Source: Phormidesmis sp.
GTDB lineage: Bacteria; Cyanobacteriota; Cyanobacteriia; Leptolyngbyales; Leptolyngbyaceae
Assembly: GCA_965248535.1 (NCBI GenBank)
Contig: CBDFJR010000005.1
Location: forward strand, 1 to 64,000
Direction: 5' to 3'
DNA: 64,000 nucleotides
Each line of letters begins with the position of its first letter. Position 1 is the first letter of the stretch. A program made the translations under genes and the position numbers. A model generated the notes under the pieces. That model was not told where the DNA came from. It searched no databases and saw only the letters and a list, made by a program, of their open reading frames with translations. Shown piece after piece: positions 52,344 to 64,000 of the stretch.

Positions 52344-55300
52344 CTAGCTGCCGCCGATTCGGGCGACATCGCGGACGTTTTCTTCAAAGGCGGCGGTGAG
52401 CGCGTCATCGCCACTTAAGCCAGCGGCGATCGCTGAGGAAATTGCTTGCAACACCCGCTTATAATCTTTGGGCATCACCTTGACAAACTTAGGCAGCATC
52501 TCCTCCCAGTGGGCGAGAACTTTAGAAGCTTTTTGGCTTTGGGTGTAGTCGGCGTGCTGCTGGATTAGTTGCCGAAGGTCAGCGATTTCTTCAGCATCTT
52601 CTAAGGTTTCGAGTCCGACCATTTGTGGATTACAGCGTGTTGCGAAGTCGCCCTGCTCATCGAGAACGTAGGCAACCCCACCGCTCATGCCTGCTGCAAA
52701 GTTGCGTCCGGTTTTGCCGAGAATCACGACTTTGCCGCCCGTCATATATTCGCAGCCGTGGTCGCCAACACCTTCTACGATCGTGTTCACACCAGAGTTA
52801 CGCACCCCAAAGCGTTCGCCGACCATGCCTCGGATATAAACCTCGCCAGAGGTCGCCCCGTAAAGCGCCACGTTTCCGGCGATGACGTTTTCTTCGGCAG
52901 CGAAGGTGGATTTTGCCGACGGATAGAGGATGATTTTGCCGCCGCTCAAGCCTTTACCGAGATAGTCATTGGCATCGCCTTCGAGCTTGAGGGTGACACC
53001 TTTGGGCACGAATGCGCCAAAGCTCTGACCTGCACTGCCCTGAAAGTGAAGCTGGATGGTGTCTTCAGGCAAGCCGTGCCAGTGGCGTTTGGTGATTTCG
53101 TTGCCCAGAATGGTGCCGACGGCGCGATTCACATTCTTAATCGGTAGGGTGGCTGAGATCGGTGAACCCGTCTCGATCGCGCCTTTGCACAAGTCAAGCA
53201 GCGTCGTGATATCGAGGGATTTGTCGAGTCCGTGGTCTTGCGGAATCTGACAATAGCGCCCCACATCATCCCCAACTTCTGGCTGGTAAAGGATTTTTGA
53301 GAAATCGAGTCCTTTTGCCTTCCAGTGTTCGACGGCTTGCTTGGGTTCGAGAACGTCGGTGCGTCCGACCATTTCGTCGATCGTGCGGAAGCCCAACTTC
53401 GCCATCAGTTCGCGGACTTCTTGGGCGATGAAGGTCATGAAGTTGACGGTGTGCGCGGGATCGCCTGTGAAGTTCTTCCGCAGCAGGGGATCTTGCGTCG
53501 CGACTCCAACCGGACAGGTGTTGAGGTGGCACACGCGCATCATAATGCAGCCCAGCGTCACGAGGGGAGCGGTCGCAAATCCAAATTCCTCAGCGCCGAG
53601 CAGGGCGGCGATCACCACATCGCGTCCGGTTTTCATCTGTCCATCGGTTTCAACGACGATGCGGCTGCGGAGGTTATTGAGAACAAGGGTTTGGTGCGTT
53701 TCCGCGAGTCCGAGTTCCCACGGCAGACCTGCGTGTTTGATCGAGGTTTGGGGCGATGCGCCTGTGCCGCCGTCGAAGCCAGAAATCAGCACCACATCGG
53801 CGTGAGCTTTGGCAACCCCGGCGGCGATCGTGCCCACTCCCACTTCTGACACCAGCTTGACGCTGACGCGTGCGGCTCGGTTGGCGTTTTTTAAATCGTG
53901 AATCAACTCGGCGAGGTCTTCGATCGAGTAAATATCATGGTGCGGCGGTGGCGAAATCAGTCCCACGCCGGGCGTTGAGTGACGCACTTTGGCGATCCAG
54001 GGATAGACTTTTTTGCCCGGAAGCTGTCCGCCTTCGCCCGGTTTCGCGCCCTGGGCCATCTTGATCTGAATTTCTCGCGCTTGAGACAGATAGAGGCTCG
54101 TCACTCCAAACCGACCGGATGCCACTTGCTTGATAGCGCTGTTTTTCGAGTCGCCGCGATCGTTTGTCCAGGTGTAGCGATCGGGGTCTTCGCCGCCTTC
54201 GCCCGTGTTGGATTTGCCGCCGATGCGGTTCATGGCGATCGCCAAGGATTCGTGTGCCTCTTGAGAAATCGAGCCGTAGCTCATCGCGCCCGTTTTGAAG
54301 CGCTTGGTAATGGTTTCAATGGATTCAACTTCCTCGATCGGGATCGATTCGCGTTGCTTAAAGTCCAGCATTCCGCGCAGGGTGTAGTGCTTTTGACCTT
54401 GCTCATTCACCAAGGCGGCGTATTGCTTGTAAGCGTCATAGCTGCCGCTACGAACTGCTTTTTGCAACGTGTGAATCGTTTGGGGACTGAAGAGGTGCGC
54501 CTCGCCTTCTTTGCGCCATTGATATTCGCCGCCCACATCAAGCGTGTGACCGTTGACCTCGCGATCGGGAAACGCATGGCTGTGCCGCAGCGCTGCTTCT
54601 TTGGCGATGACTTCGAGATCGGCACCTTCGATGCGCGAAGCTGTCCAGGTGAAATATTTATCGACGATCGACCGATTTAGCCCGATCGCTTCAAAAATCT
54701 GGGCACCTCGATAGCTCTGAATGGTGGAAATTCCGATCTTAGAGGCGACTTTGGTGACTCCCTTGGTGGCCGCTTTGACGTAATTTTTACAAGCAGTTTT
54801 GTAATCGACGTTGACCAGCAATCCTTGGTGAATCATATCCGCCATCGACTCAAACGCCAGATAGGGATTGATCGCCCCGCAGCCATAGCCAATCAGCATC
54901 GCGTAGTGATGCACTTCACGAGGTTCGCCCGATTCAAGGACGAGTCCGACTCGTGTACGAGTGCCTTCCCGAATTAGATGGTGATGCAGTCCCGCGACAG
55001 CAAGCAGCGCGGGGATCGGGGCATTTGTTGGGTTTACGCCTCGATCGGAGAGAATCAGAATATTCGCGCCCGACCCAATGGCTTGATTGGCCCGATCGCA
55101 AATCTGCTCCATCGCCGCCTCAAGTCCGGTTGCGCCCTTTTGGGGATCGAACACGATCGGCAGCGTCACTGATTTGAAGCCGCCTTCATCAATGTGCTTG
55201 AGTTTGGCTAATTCTTCATTGCTGAGAATCGGTGTTTTGAGTTCGATCAGATGACAGCTTTCGGGTTCTGGCTTGAGAAGATTTCGTTCCGACCCGATCG

Positions 55301-56933
55301 TGGTTTCGGCTGACGTAATAATCTCTTCGCGAATGGAGTCGATCGGCGGATTTGTGACCTGAGCAAATAGCTGCTGAAAGTAGTCGTAGAGAAGCTTAGG
55401 ACGGTCAGACAAGACCGAAAGCGGCGTGTCGGCACCCATTGCCCCAACTGCTTCTACGCCATCTCGCGCCATCGGGGTTAACAACAGCCGCAAGTCTTCA
55501 AAGCTATAGCCAAAAGCAGTCTGACGCTGAATAATCGGGGTAAAGGTTTCATCTGCCTCCATTGGAGCGTCTTTCACCGTCGCGAGTTCGACCATGTGCT
55601 GGTTGATCCACTCACGATAGGGATGCTCGGTGGCGACTTGGTTTTTGATCTCATCGTCGGCAACGATGCGCCCTTCTTCCATGTTGACGAGAAACATCCG
55701 TCCGGGTTCTAACCGACCTTTTGAGGCGACTCGCTCAGGCTCGATCGGCAACACGCCCGCCTCAGATGCCATGATCACCAGATCGTCTTTCGTGACGTAA
55801 TAGCGAGACGGACGCAGACCATTCCGATCGAGCACCGCACCCACCATCGTGCCGTCGGTGAAAGCGATCGACGCAGGGCCATCCCACGGCTCCATTAAGC
55901 AGGAATGATATTCGTAAAACGCTTTTTTCTCGTCGCTCATCGACTCGTGGGCCGTCCACGGTTCGGGGATCATCATCATCATGGCGTGGGGCAACGATCG
56001 ACCCGATAACACCAGCAGTTCGAGCGCGTTGTCAAAAATCGTGGAGTCGCTGCCCTCAACATTAATCACAGGCTGGATCTTCTGCATATCGTCGCCAAAT
56101 AGCTCTGACTCAAACAGCGACTGACGGGCATTCATCCAGTTGATGTTGCCGCGCATCGTGTTGATCTCGCCGTTGTGGGCAATGTAGCGATAAGGGTGCG
56201 ATCGTTCCCAGCTTGGAAACGTGTTGGTGCTAAATCGAGAATGCACCAGCGCCAGCGCGCTTTCAATGTCGGGATCGCTGAGTTCAGGATAATATTGCCC
56301 GACCTGCGCGGTCATCAGCATTCCTTTATAGACGATCGTGCGGCACGACAAACTCGCCGGATACCAGCACAAATCAATCTGAGTCGCCCGAATTGCATTG
56401 TGCGATCGCTTGCGAATCACATACAGCTTCCGCTCAAAATCGGTGTCGTTCGTCATCTCCGCAGCACGCTGAATGAACACCTGCTGCATAAACGGTTCGC
56501 TAGACTTTGCCGTGTTGCCCAGCGAGTCATGATTCGTCGGCACATCGCGCCAGCCCAAAACCTTCTGACCTTCTTCTGCCACGACTTGCTCAAAAATTTG
56601 CCGACTCTGGGCGCGAGTGGCCCGATCGGGCGACGCATAAATCATGCCCACGCCATACTCTCCGGCATCAGGCAGCGTGACGTTTTCTAGGGCTGCCACC
56701 CGCTTGAGAAACTTGTGGGGCACCTGCATCAAAATGCCCGCTCCGTCTCCAGTATTGGTTTCACATCCGCACGCCCCGCGATGCTCAAGATTGACAAGAA
56801 TGGTCAATGCTTGCTCAACGATCGCGTGTGACTTTTCGCCCTTCATGTGCACAATAAACCCGACACCGCAGGCATCGTGCTCGAACTGCGGATCATAGAG
56901 TCCTTGTTTTGGCGGCAGTCCGTTACTATTCAT
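52344..56933 (-). CDS. gltB: Glutamate synthase large subunit
   Basis: [42 protein letters not shown]. Confidence 0.97.
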   Translation of the reverse strand: MNSNGLPPKQGLYDPQFEHDACGVGFIVHMKGEKSHAIVEQALTILVNLEHRGACGCETNTGDGAGILMQVPHKFLKRVAALENVTLPDAGEYGVGMIYASPDRATRAQSRQIFEQVVAEEGQKVLGWRDVPTNHDSLGNTAKSSEPFMQQVFIQRAAEMTNDTDFERKLYVIRKRSHNAIRATQIDLCWYPASLSCRTIVYKGMLMTAQVGQYYPELSDPDIESALALVHSRFSTNTFPSWERSHPYRYIAHNGEINTMRGNINWMNARQSLFESELFGDDMQKIQPVINVEGSDSTIFDNALELLVLSGRSLPHAMMMMIPEPWTAHESMSDEKKAFYEYHSCLMEPWDGPASIAFTDGTMVGAVLDRNGLRPSRYYVTKDDLVIMASEAGVLPIEPERVASKGRLEPGRMFLVNMEEGRIVADDEIKNQVATEHPYREWINQHMVELATVKDAPMEADETFTPIIQRQTAFGYSFEDLRLLLTPMARDGVEAVGAMGADTPLSVLSDRPKLLYDYFQQLFAQVTNPPIDSIREEIITSAETTIGSERNLLKPEPESCHLIELKTPILSNEELAKLKHIDEGGFKSVTLPIVFDPQKGATGLEAAMEQICDRANQAIGSGANILILSDRGVNPTNAPIPALLAVAGLHHHLIREGTRTRVGLVLESGEPREVHHYAMLIGYGCGAINPYLAFESMADMIHQGLLVNVDYKTACKNYVKAATKGVTKVASKIGISTIQSYRGAQIFEAIGLNRSIVDKYFTWTASRIEGADLEVIAKEAALRHSHAFPDREVNGHTLDVGGEYQWRKEGEAHLFSPQTIHTLQKAVRSGSYDAYKQYAALVNEQGQKHYTLRGMLDFKQRESIPIEEVESIETITKRFKTGAMSYGSISQEAHESLAIAMNRIGGKSNTGEGGEDPDRYTWTNDRGDSKNSAIKQVASGRFGVTSLYLSQAREIQIKMAQGAKPGEGGQLPGKKVYPWIAKVRHSTPGVGLISPPPHHDIYSIEDLAELIHDLKNANRAARVSVKLVSEVGVGTIAAGVAKAHADVVLISGFDGGTGASPQTSIKHAGLPWELGLAETHQTLVLNNLRSRIVVETDGQMKTGRDVVIAALLGAEEFGFATAPLVTLGCIMMRVCHLNTCPVGVATQDPLLRKNFTGDPAHTVNFMTFIAQEVRELMAKLGFRTIDEMVGRTDVLEPKQAVEHWKAKGLDFSKILYQPEVGDDVGRYCQIPQDHGLDKSLDITTLLDLCKGAIETGSPISATLPIKNVNRAVGTILGNEITKRHWHGLPEDTIQLHFQGSAGQSFGAFVPKGVTLKLEGDANDYLGKGLSGGKIILYPSAKSTFAAEENVIAGNVALYGATSGEVYIRGMVGERFGVRNSGVNTIVEGVGDHGCEYMTGGKVVILGKTGRNFAAGMSGGVAYVLDEQGDFATRCNPQMVGLETLEDAEEIADLRQLIQQHADYTQSQKASKVLAHWEEMLPKFVKVMPKDYKRVLQAISSAIAAGLSGDDALTAAFEENVRDVARIGGS

Positions 56934-57612
56934 GGCGATAAACCTAAAAAATGACGACGTAAAAGTGGGCATCTAGAGCGCGAGATGCGGCAACTCCAGA
57001 CATGGATTTTCTAACGAGGATTGTCGATCGAGGTCAAGTCTTAAGGAAATCGTCAGATCTACTGACTCACACCTCGGCTCTTTTCTGGCTAGTTTGAGCA
57101 GCGCAGCCGAGCCTGGTTAACCTTGAAATCCTTTTCAGCAGAGAGTTTTAGAGAGCCGTATTTCTCCACATTGTTTCAGTAGACGACACAATTTGAAGGC
57201 CATGGGATTTCTGTAACAAATGCTTACCAAACCGCCATTAAAAAAGCTGCCATCCTTTAACAGAACAGCAGCGATGAGAGCAAAATTAAATGGTGAGATG
57301 GGCTAGACGCGCTAGCGCTTGAAACCCCGCGATCGTGCCAGTTCTAAATCTCGATTCAGAAGGACAACTGGGACGTTTATGTAGCGCTTAGAGAATCTAA
57401 ATACAAATTGGCACAACTTACTGAAAACCGATCTAGTATTTTTACCAAGTTTGCAGAAGCTTTAAGCAATATTAACGGCCCGATCGCTGAGAAAAAGCAG
57501 CGCGATCTCAGTCCTGTCAGGGTTTCTGCGGAGTGAGGTCAAATCGAATATCAATCGACGATGAAGCACACCGTCAATCGGGGATCTAAACTAAAAGAGT
57601 TGCGTTTGGCGA

Positions 57613-59310
57613 GTGGCATTTATCGAGACAGTCTACGGAAATCTTCAAGGCTTGAAGTCCAGTCAGCTTAAGCAGTTGCAGCGGCTTTATCACCAGCGCT
57701 TACCGGGCGATCGCATCACGACCTCAGAGTTTGCTCAACGGCTAGCGGCCATTAGCACCGAGATCGCTCAACCCGTGTGTACCTATATCAATCGGCGAGG
57801 TCAGGTGCTGCGCGTCGGGGTCGGCAACCCGCGCCAGACTCAGATTCCTGCGGCAGAGTTACCCCGCTATGGGGCCGAGCGGCTGTGCGGCATTCGCTGT
57901 GTGGCGACGCAGTTAAAGCAAGATCCGCCGGGAGAGTCAGCCCTGACAGCAATGGCCATGCAAAGACTGGATGCGCTGGTGATGCTGCCTTTGACAGGCG
58001 GCGGATTTGAGCGACGGGGCGGCGGCGCGACGGGCTATATCAAGGGGGGCTATCTAGCGCACTTGGTGCCTCACCCAGAAGCTAATTGGACAGTTTCGCC
58101 CATTCTCAACCTAGATGAAATTGCCGAGCAAGATTTGATTGAGCTTGTTGAGGGGCTAGAAGCTGAGTTTCGGCGTGAATATACGGCCCAACAGGTCGAT
58201 CGCGATCACGATCAGGTTTTAGTCGTCGGGCTGCTGACCGACAACCGATCGCAGCAAGCCTTTAAAGATGGATTGGCGGAGATTGGGCGACTGGTCGAGA
58301 CGGCTGGGGGAGAAGTCCTACAAACATTGAAGCAGAAGCGTCCGCGTCCCCATCCTCAAACGGTGGTGGGTGAAGGCAAAGTGCAAGAAATCGCGCTTAC
58401 GGCCCAGACGATCGGGGCCAGCTTAGTTGTGTTCGATCGCGATCTTTCTCCCACCCAAGTTCGCAATTTAGAGGCGTTGATTGGGGTGCGGGTCGTCGAT
58501 CGCACCGAAGTGATTCTCGACATTTTTGCCCAGCGCGCTCAGTCGGGGGCAGGCAAATTGCAGGTTGAGTTAGCCCAGCTTGAATATCGGTTGCCGCGAT
58601 TGTCGGGTCGAGGGCAGGCGATGTCTCGACTCGGCGGCGGCATCGGCACCCGCGGCCCTGGTGAAACGAAGTTAGAGACCGAGCGGCGATCGATTCAGCG
58701 TCGCATCACGCGGTTGCAGCAACAAGTGACCCAGCTTCAGGCGCACCGATCGCGAATGCGGCAGCGCCGACAGCACGAAGAAGTGCCCTCGATCGCGGTC
58801 GTCGGCTACACCAACGCCGGAAAATCGACCTTGCTGAACGCTCTCACCAATGCCGAGGTCTACACCGCCGACCAGCTATTTGCGACCCTTGACCCGACCA
58901 CGCGGCGATTGAAGGTGATCGATCCTGTCAGTCATGAATCGACTTCGCTGCTGCTGACCGATACGGTGGGGTTTATTCACGAGTTGCCGCCCTCGTTGGT
59001 CGATGCCTTTCGCGCCACGTTAGAGGAAGTCACCGAAGCCGATGCCCTGCTTCACGTCGTAGATTTGTCGCACCCAGCTTGGCAAAATCAGATCCGATCG
59101 GTGATGAAAATTTTGTCAGAAATGCCGATCGCGCCGGGCCCGGTTCTCTTGGTGTTTAACAAAATCGATCAGGTAGACGGCGAAAATCTGAGCTTGGCCC
59201 AAGAAGAGTTTCCGCAGGGGGCGTTTATCTCAGCTAGCGATCGTCTAGGTCTAGAAACTTTACGGCAACGCCTATGTCAATTGGTTAGATATGCCGGAGC
59301 CGTGCGGTAA
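57613..59310 (+). CDS. hflX: GTPase HflX (cyanobacterial long form)
   Basis: RGPGETKLE, GYTNAGKS, LFATLDPT, DTVGF, NKID. Confidence 0.96.
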   Translation: MAFIETVYGNLQGLKSSQLKQLQRLYHQRLPGDRITTSEFAQRLAAISTEIAQPVCTYINRRGQVLRVGVGNPRQTQIPAAELPRYGAERLCGIRCVATQLKQDPPGESALTAMAMQRLDALVMLPLTGGGFERRGGGATGYIKGGYLAHLVPHPEANWTVSPILNLDEIAEQDLIELVEGLEAEFRREYTAQQVDRDHDQVLVVGLLTDNRSQQAFKDGLAEIGRLVETAGGEVLQTLKQKRPRPHPQTVVGEGKVQEIALTAQTIGASLVVFDRDLSPTQVRNLEALIGVRVVDRTEVILDIFAQRAQSGAGKLQVELAQLEYRLPRLSGRGQAMSRLGGGIGTRGPGETKLETERRSIQRRITRLQQQVTQLQAHRSRMRQRRQHEEVPSIAVVGYTNAGKSTLLNALTNAEVYTADQLFATLDPTTRRLKVIDPVSHESTSLLLTDTVGFIHELPPSLVDAFRATLEEVTEADALLHVVDLSHPAWQNQIRSVMKILSEMPIAPGPVLLVFNKIDQVDGENLSLAQEEFPQGAFISASDRLGLETLRQRLCQLVRYAGAVR

Positions 59311-59326
59311 CCCCCAGACAGGACTT

Positions 59327-59366
59327 CTCAGAACTCCGAATTCCCAGAAGAATTCGGAGTTCTGAG
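59327..59366. repeat. Perfect 17-bp inverted repeat after hflX
   Basis: CTCAGAACTCCGAATTC-N6-GAATTCGGAGTTCTGAG. Confidence 0.8.
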
Positions 59367-59530
59367 TATTAAAACTTAACGTGACTCAATTCCCTGATTT
59401 CTCTATTTCCGCTTCTTCTGCCCTGATCATCACGGCTAACAAATTTTGGGAATGGATAAAGCCGTAACAATTCTGTAAATGAAAGCCTCTACAATGAGTT
59501 GGATTTAAACTCAACGGCTTTAACTTCACT

Positions 59531-62500
59531 ATGCCTCGTCGCCAAGACCTCCACAAAATCATGCTCATCGGCTCCGGCCCCATTGTGATTGGGCAAGCCT
59601 GCGAATTCGACTACTCTGGCACTCAAGCCTGCAAAGCGCTGCGAGATGAAGGATATGAAGTGATCCTGGTCAACTCAAACCCAGCGACCATCATGACCGA
59701 TCCTGAAACCGCCGATCGCACCTACATTGAGCCACTGACCCCTGAATTAGTGGCGTTGATTATCGAGCGAGAACGCCCCGACGCGCTCTTGCCCACCATG
59801 GGGGGACAGACAGCCCTCAACTTGGCGGTCACGCTGGCAAAAAACGGAACCCTGGATAAATACAACGTCGAACTGATTGGCGCAAAACTTCCGGCGATCG
59901 AGATGGCTGAAGATCGCAAGCTATTCAAAGAAGCCATGGGACGGATCGGGGTCGCCGTGTGCCCGTCTGGTCTGGCAGAAACCCTAGAAGAATCTCGCGA
60001 AATCGGCCAACAAATCGGCACCTATCCCTTAATTATTCGCCCTGCTTACACAATGGGCGGCACCGGGGGCGGCATTGCCTATAACCAAAAAGAGTTTGAG
60101 GAGATTGCTCAAACCGGGTTAGATGCCAGCCCAGTGTCTCAGATCTTGATCGAAAAATCTCTGCTCGGCTGGAAGGAGTATGAGCTAGAAGTGATGCGTG
60201 ACCTTGCCGATAACGTCGTGATCATCTGCTCGATCGAGAACATTGACCCGATGGGCATCCACACGGGCGACTCGATCACCGTGGCTCCGGCTCAGACCCT
60301 CACTGACAAAGAATATCAACGGCTGCGCGACGCATCGATCAAGATCATTCGCGAAATCGGGGTCGAGACAGGCGGCTCAAACATCCAGTTTGCGATCAAT
60401 CCGGTGACGGGTGAGCTAGTGGTGATCGAGATGAATCCTCGTGTGTCGCGCAGTTCGGCCCTGGCATCCAAGGCGACCGGGTTCCCGATCGCTAAAATGG
60501 CCGCCAAACTCGCCGTTGGCTACACTCTGGATGAGATCCCCAACGACATCACCAAAAAAACGCCCGCCAGCTTTGAACCCACGATCGATTACGTCGTTAC
60601 CAAAATTCCTCGCTTTGCCTTTGAGAAATTTAGCGGCGCGTCGCAGGTTTTGACGACACAGATGAAGTCTGTGGGTGAGGCCATGGCGATCGGGCGCACC
60701 TTTCAAGAGTCGTTTCAAAAAGCGCTGCGCTCGTTAGAAACCGGACGGGCAGGTTGGGGCTGCGATCGCCAAGAAATGCTGCCCAGTCTTGAACAAATTC
60801 GAGCCGGACTTCGCACCCCAAACCCAGAACGCATCTTCACCGTGCGCCACGCGATGCAAATGGGCATGACCGTTGACGAAATTTATGAGCTAACTAACAT
60901 CGATCCCTGGTTTTTAGACAAGATGCACGACTTGCTAGAAACCGAAAAAATGCTCAAACGCACCACGCTGCAAAGTCTCGACAAAGATAAACTGTATGCC
61001 ATTAAGCGGCAAGGGTTTAGCGATCGTCAAATCGCCTTTGCCACCAAGACTCATGAAGATGAGGTGCGGGCTTATCGCAAGTCTCTGGGCGTGATCCCCG
61101 TCTATAAGACGGTAGACACCTGCGCGGCTGAGTTTGAGGCTCTGACTCCTTACTATTACTCCGCCTACGAAGAAGAAACCGAGGTGCTGCCGTCCGATCG
61201 CCGCAAAGTCATGATCCTGGGCGGCGGGCCGAACCGGATCGGGCAGGGCATTGAGTTTGATTATTGCTGCTGTCACGCTTCTTTCTCGCTCGGTGCCGAT
61301 GGGTTTGAGACGATCATGGTCAACTCCAACCCCGAAACCGTTTCGACGGATTATGACACCAGCGATCGGCTCTATTTTGAGCCGTTGACTAAAGAAGACG
61401 TTCTCAACATCATCGAAGCTGAAAATCCCGAAGGGGTGATCATCCAGTTCGGCGGACAAACTCCGCTCAAGCTGGCAGTTCCGCTACAAGCGGCGCTGAA
61501 GTCACACCCCAAGACCAAAATTTGGGGCACCTCACCTGACTCAATCGACATCGCCGAAGACCGAGAGCGATTTGACAAGATTCTCCGCCAACTCAACATT
61601 CAGCAGCCTCCTAACGGACTTGCCCGCAACTATGAGTCGGCGCGAGAAGTCGCCCAAAAAATTCAATATCCCGTGGTGGTTCGTCCTAGCTATGTGTTGG
61701 GCGGTCGAGCGATGGAAATCGTCTACTCAGATGCCGAGCTAGAGCACTATATGAGCTACGCCGTGCAGATCGAACCCGATCACCCGATTTTGATCGACCA
61801 CTTTTTAGAAAACGCGATCGAGGTCGATGTAGACGCGATCGCGGATATGAGCGGCGAAGTTGTAATCGGCGGCATTATGGAGCACATCGAACAGGCCGGC
61901 ATTCACTCTGGAGACTCGGCTTGCTCGATTCCTTCGATCACCTTGTCAGAACCTGTGCTGAATCAGATCCGCACTTGGACGATCGCGCTGGCCAAAGCCC
62001 TCAAAGTCGTCGGCTTAATGAATATTCAGTTTGCCGTCCAAGGTGAGCAGGTGTTTATTTTAGAAGCGAATCCTCGCGCATCGCGCACCGTCCCTTTTGT
62101 GTCGAAAGCGATCGGGCATCCCCTCGCCCAAATTGCTGCCCGCGTCATGTCTGGCAAAACCCTGGCAGAGTTAAACTTCACCGAAGAAATTATTCCTAAA
62201 CACATCTCCGTCAAAGAAGCGGTGTTGCCCTTCGACAAATTCCCCGGTACCGATACCATTCTGGGCCCCTGAAATGCGATCGACCGGAGAAGTTATGGGC
62301 ATCGATACCGATTTTGGCAAAGCCTTCGCCAAAGCAGAACTCGCTGCCAGTCAACGCCTACCGCTCAAAGGCACCGTGTTTGTGTCGATGAACGATCGCG
62401 AAAAGGCGGCCGTCGTCCCCGTGGTCAAAGACCTGATGGATCTAGGCTTTAGCGTCGTCGCCACCGAAGGCACCCGCAAAGTTTTGATCGAAAGCGGTCT

Positions 62501-62762
62501 AGAAGTCGCGCTGGTGCTCAAGCTCCATGAAGGTAGACCTCACGTTTTAGATTCGATCAAAAATGAGAAAATTCAACTCATTATCAACACCCCGACGGGC
62601 AAAGAAGCGCTGACCGACGATCGCCTGATTCGTCGCACTGCGTTGAGCTACAAGATCCCCATCATCACCACGATCGCAGGTGCCAGAGCAACAGCGGCCG
62701 CGATTCGATCGCTGCAATCTCAGCCGCTCACGGTGCGATCGCTGCAAGAATATCTCCAATAG
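59531..62762 (+). CDS. carB: Carbamoyl-phosphate synthase large subunit; +1 frameshift at 62266-62269
   Basis: [33 protein letters not shown] split by an extra C in GGGCCCCTGAA. Confidence 0.96.
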
Positions 62763-62825
62763 CAATCCCCGAAATCCTTTCCTCAGAGCGACCTTCAGCG
62801 TCCACGCCAGAAGGCGCTCTAGAGG

Positions 62826-63019
62826 CTAGTAGTCCGCCAAACTAACTCTGATGAGTCATGTCGAACTACTTAGCCAAGAGTTCGTTTGCAGGGGGTTTGG
62901 GGGAGGCAACCGTCCCCCAATGGGGGTTTGGGGGCGTGCCCCCAAGGGTCGGAAGCCCAAGACTATCGCATCATCGCCAAAGATCTGTACTAATCAAAGT
63001 TGAATTGGTGAACTACTAG
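62826..63019. mobile_element. MITE-like element (194 bp)
   Basis: 27-bp imperfect TIRs CTAGTAGTCCGCCAAACTAACTCTGAT / ATCAAAGTTGAATTGGTGAACTACTAG; internal GGGGGTTTGGGGG..CCCCCAA hairpin repeats. Confidence 0.7.
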
Positions 63020-63785
63020 GAGAATCGCTCCCAAAAACTTAGATGAACGTTTTTGCGGCAGTTGCTCAGACGGATATGCCCCCTAGTCACCAATTCTGGG
63101 GCTAAAGGTCTGAAACCCGACGCAAAAAACCCCCCAGAAATGTTATAACTTCAAGCTTCTTCTTTTTCTTTTCCTATTTGTTTCGTGTTATGGAAGTTAC
63201 ACTGATATTACAGTCTTCTACCACCCGGCAGATGTGACTTTGTGTAGGGTCAGAGTATCTATATATAATGTGCGATGCTTGACGGTGAGCAACGCTTCAA
63301 GGCTAGACGACAGAATGCCGAAACCCGGAATCAATCGTTGAGAACTCACGAGCGATCGCCCTGGCATTCCGCGATTCACGAGGTTCTGTTTCAAAAGATG
63401 CATTCCTAAGATTGGTTTCTCGCTAGGCTACCGATACGGTCAAAATTCCCAGCACTTCCGCCTCTCTCACTCCTCAAAGTTCCTCAAAGTAAAGAAATAG
63501 CTCTCAGGATCTTTACTTTTGTTAACGAACTCAGACATAATCTTAATAAAGCATTACAAGACACTCATGTCACCTGAGAAGCTCTTCACCAGCCTTTGAA
63601 AGGACAACTCCCAAGCGTTGAAACCAGAAAACATCTCGTCTGAGCCTCCCTCTCAAAGCAAGGCATCCGCCGCTCCAACCTCGCTCAACTGCGCTTCTCT
63701 CATGAAGCACCTGCCAGGGCTGCTACCGTTCTCAGATTGTTCTACGAATACTTAATAATCCGTCATTTCTATCCCATCCAGTTTT

Positions 63786-64000
63786 ATGAAGACAGCCCAG
63801 ACTCCCACCGATTCCGTTCGAGCTTATCTACGTGAAATTGGTCGTGTTCCCCTTCTCTCCCACGAGCAGGAAATTCTCTACGGCAAGCAGGTGCAGCGGC
63901 TTTCGTCGATCAACCACGTTAAAGAAGAGATGGCTCTGACCCTAGGGCGCGAACCAAATCTGTCAGAATGGTTGCAGCAAACGGGGCTGTCTGAAGCCGA
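63786..64000 (+). CDS. Group 2 RpoD-family sigma factor, SigD-like; 3'-truncated by window edge
   Basis: MKTAQTPTDSVRAYLREIGRVPLLSHEQEI (region 1.2); absent from the ORF track. Confidence 0.9.
   Translation, partial: MKTAQTPTDSVRAYLREIGRVPLLSHEQEILYGKQVQRLSSINHVKEEMALTLGREPNLSEWLQQTGLSEA

Noticed and set aside
50938..56898. Long antisense ORFs over gltBD (and similar ones over yidC, pntAB, carB)
   Set aside because: Shadow ORFs caused by codon bias of the real genes
57212..57228. NtcA box upstream of gltB
   Set aside because: GTA-N9-TAC spacing rather than N8
62274..62762. Separate MGS-domain gene or programmed frameshift
   Set aside because: It is the normal CarB C-terminus; one extra C in a homopolymer explains the split
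63187..63213. HLR1 box upstream of the sigma factor
   Set aside because: TTACA half-sites are spaced 11 nt apart rather than 10

Overview
64-kb chromosomal segment of a filamentous cyanobacterium, probably non-heterocystous and Leptolyngbya-like (frequent HIP1 GCGATCGC, cpcBA, patX-hetR). Most of it is core genome: glycosyltransferase, cpcBA/cpcF, the rpmH-rnpA-yidC-jag-yceD-ycf46 cluster, pntAB, a slr0373-0376-like ycf46/ycf35 operon, two GAF histidine kinases flanking a microbial rhodopsin, an ABC exporter, ftrV, a PP2C phosphatase, NfeD/SPFH, a Fur-family gene, purS, patX-hetR, NADH-GOGAT gltBD, hflX, carB and the start of a group-2 sigma factor. An accessory island of about 4.4 kb (41433-45810) follows purS. 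It holds a decayed IS5, an orphan gene whose RBS is locked in a perfect hairpin under an unannotated 39-codon leader ORF, a Tat-exported three-repeat protein, and a vapBC pair followed by an integron-type attC site interrupted by a 700-nt ORF-less group IIC intron. Other points of interest: a tandemly duplicated PsrR1-like sRNA, a halorhodopsin with a TSL motif, a fatty-acid hydroxylase/Mpo1/amidohydrolase cluster, an apparent deletion fusing the 3' ends of cpcF and ycf46, and three +1 frameshifts that look like sequencing errors. All family calls come from motif recognition by eye; no searches were run.
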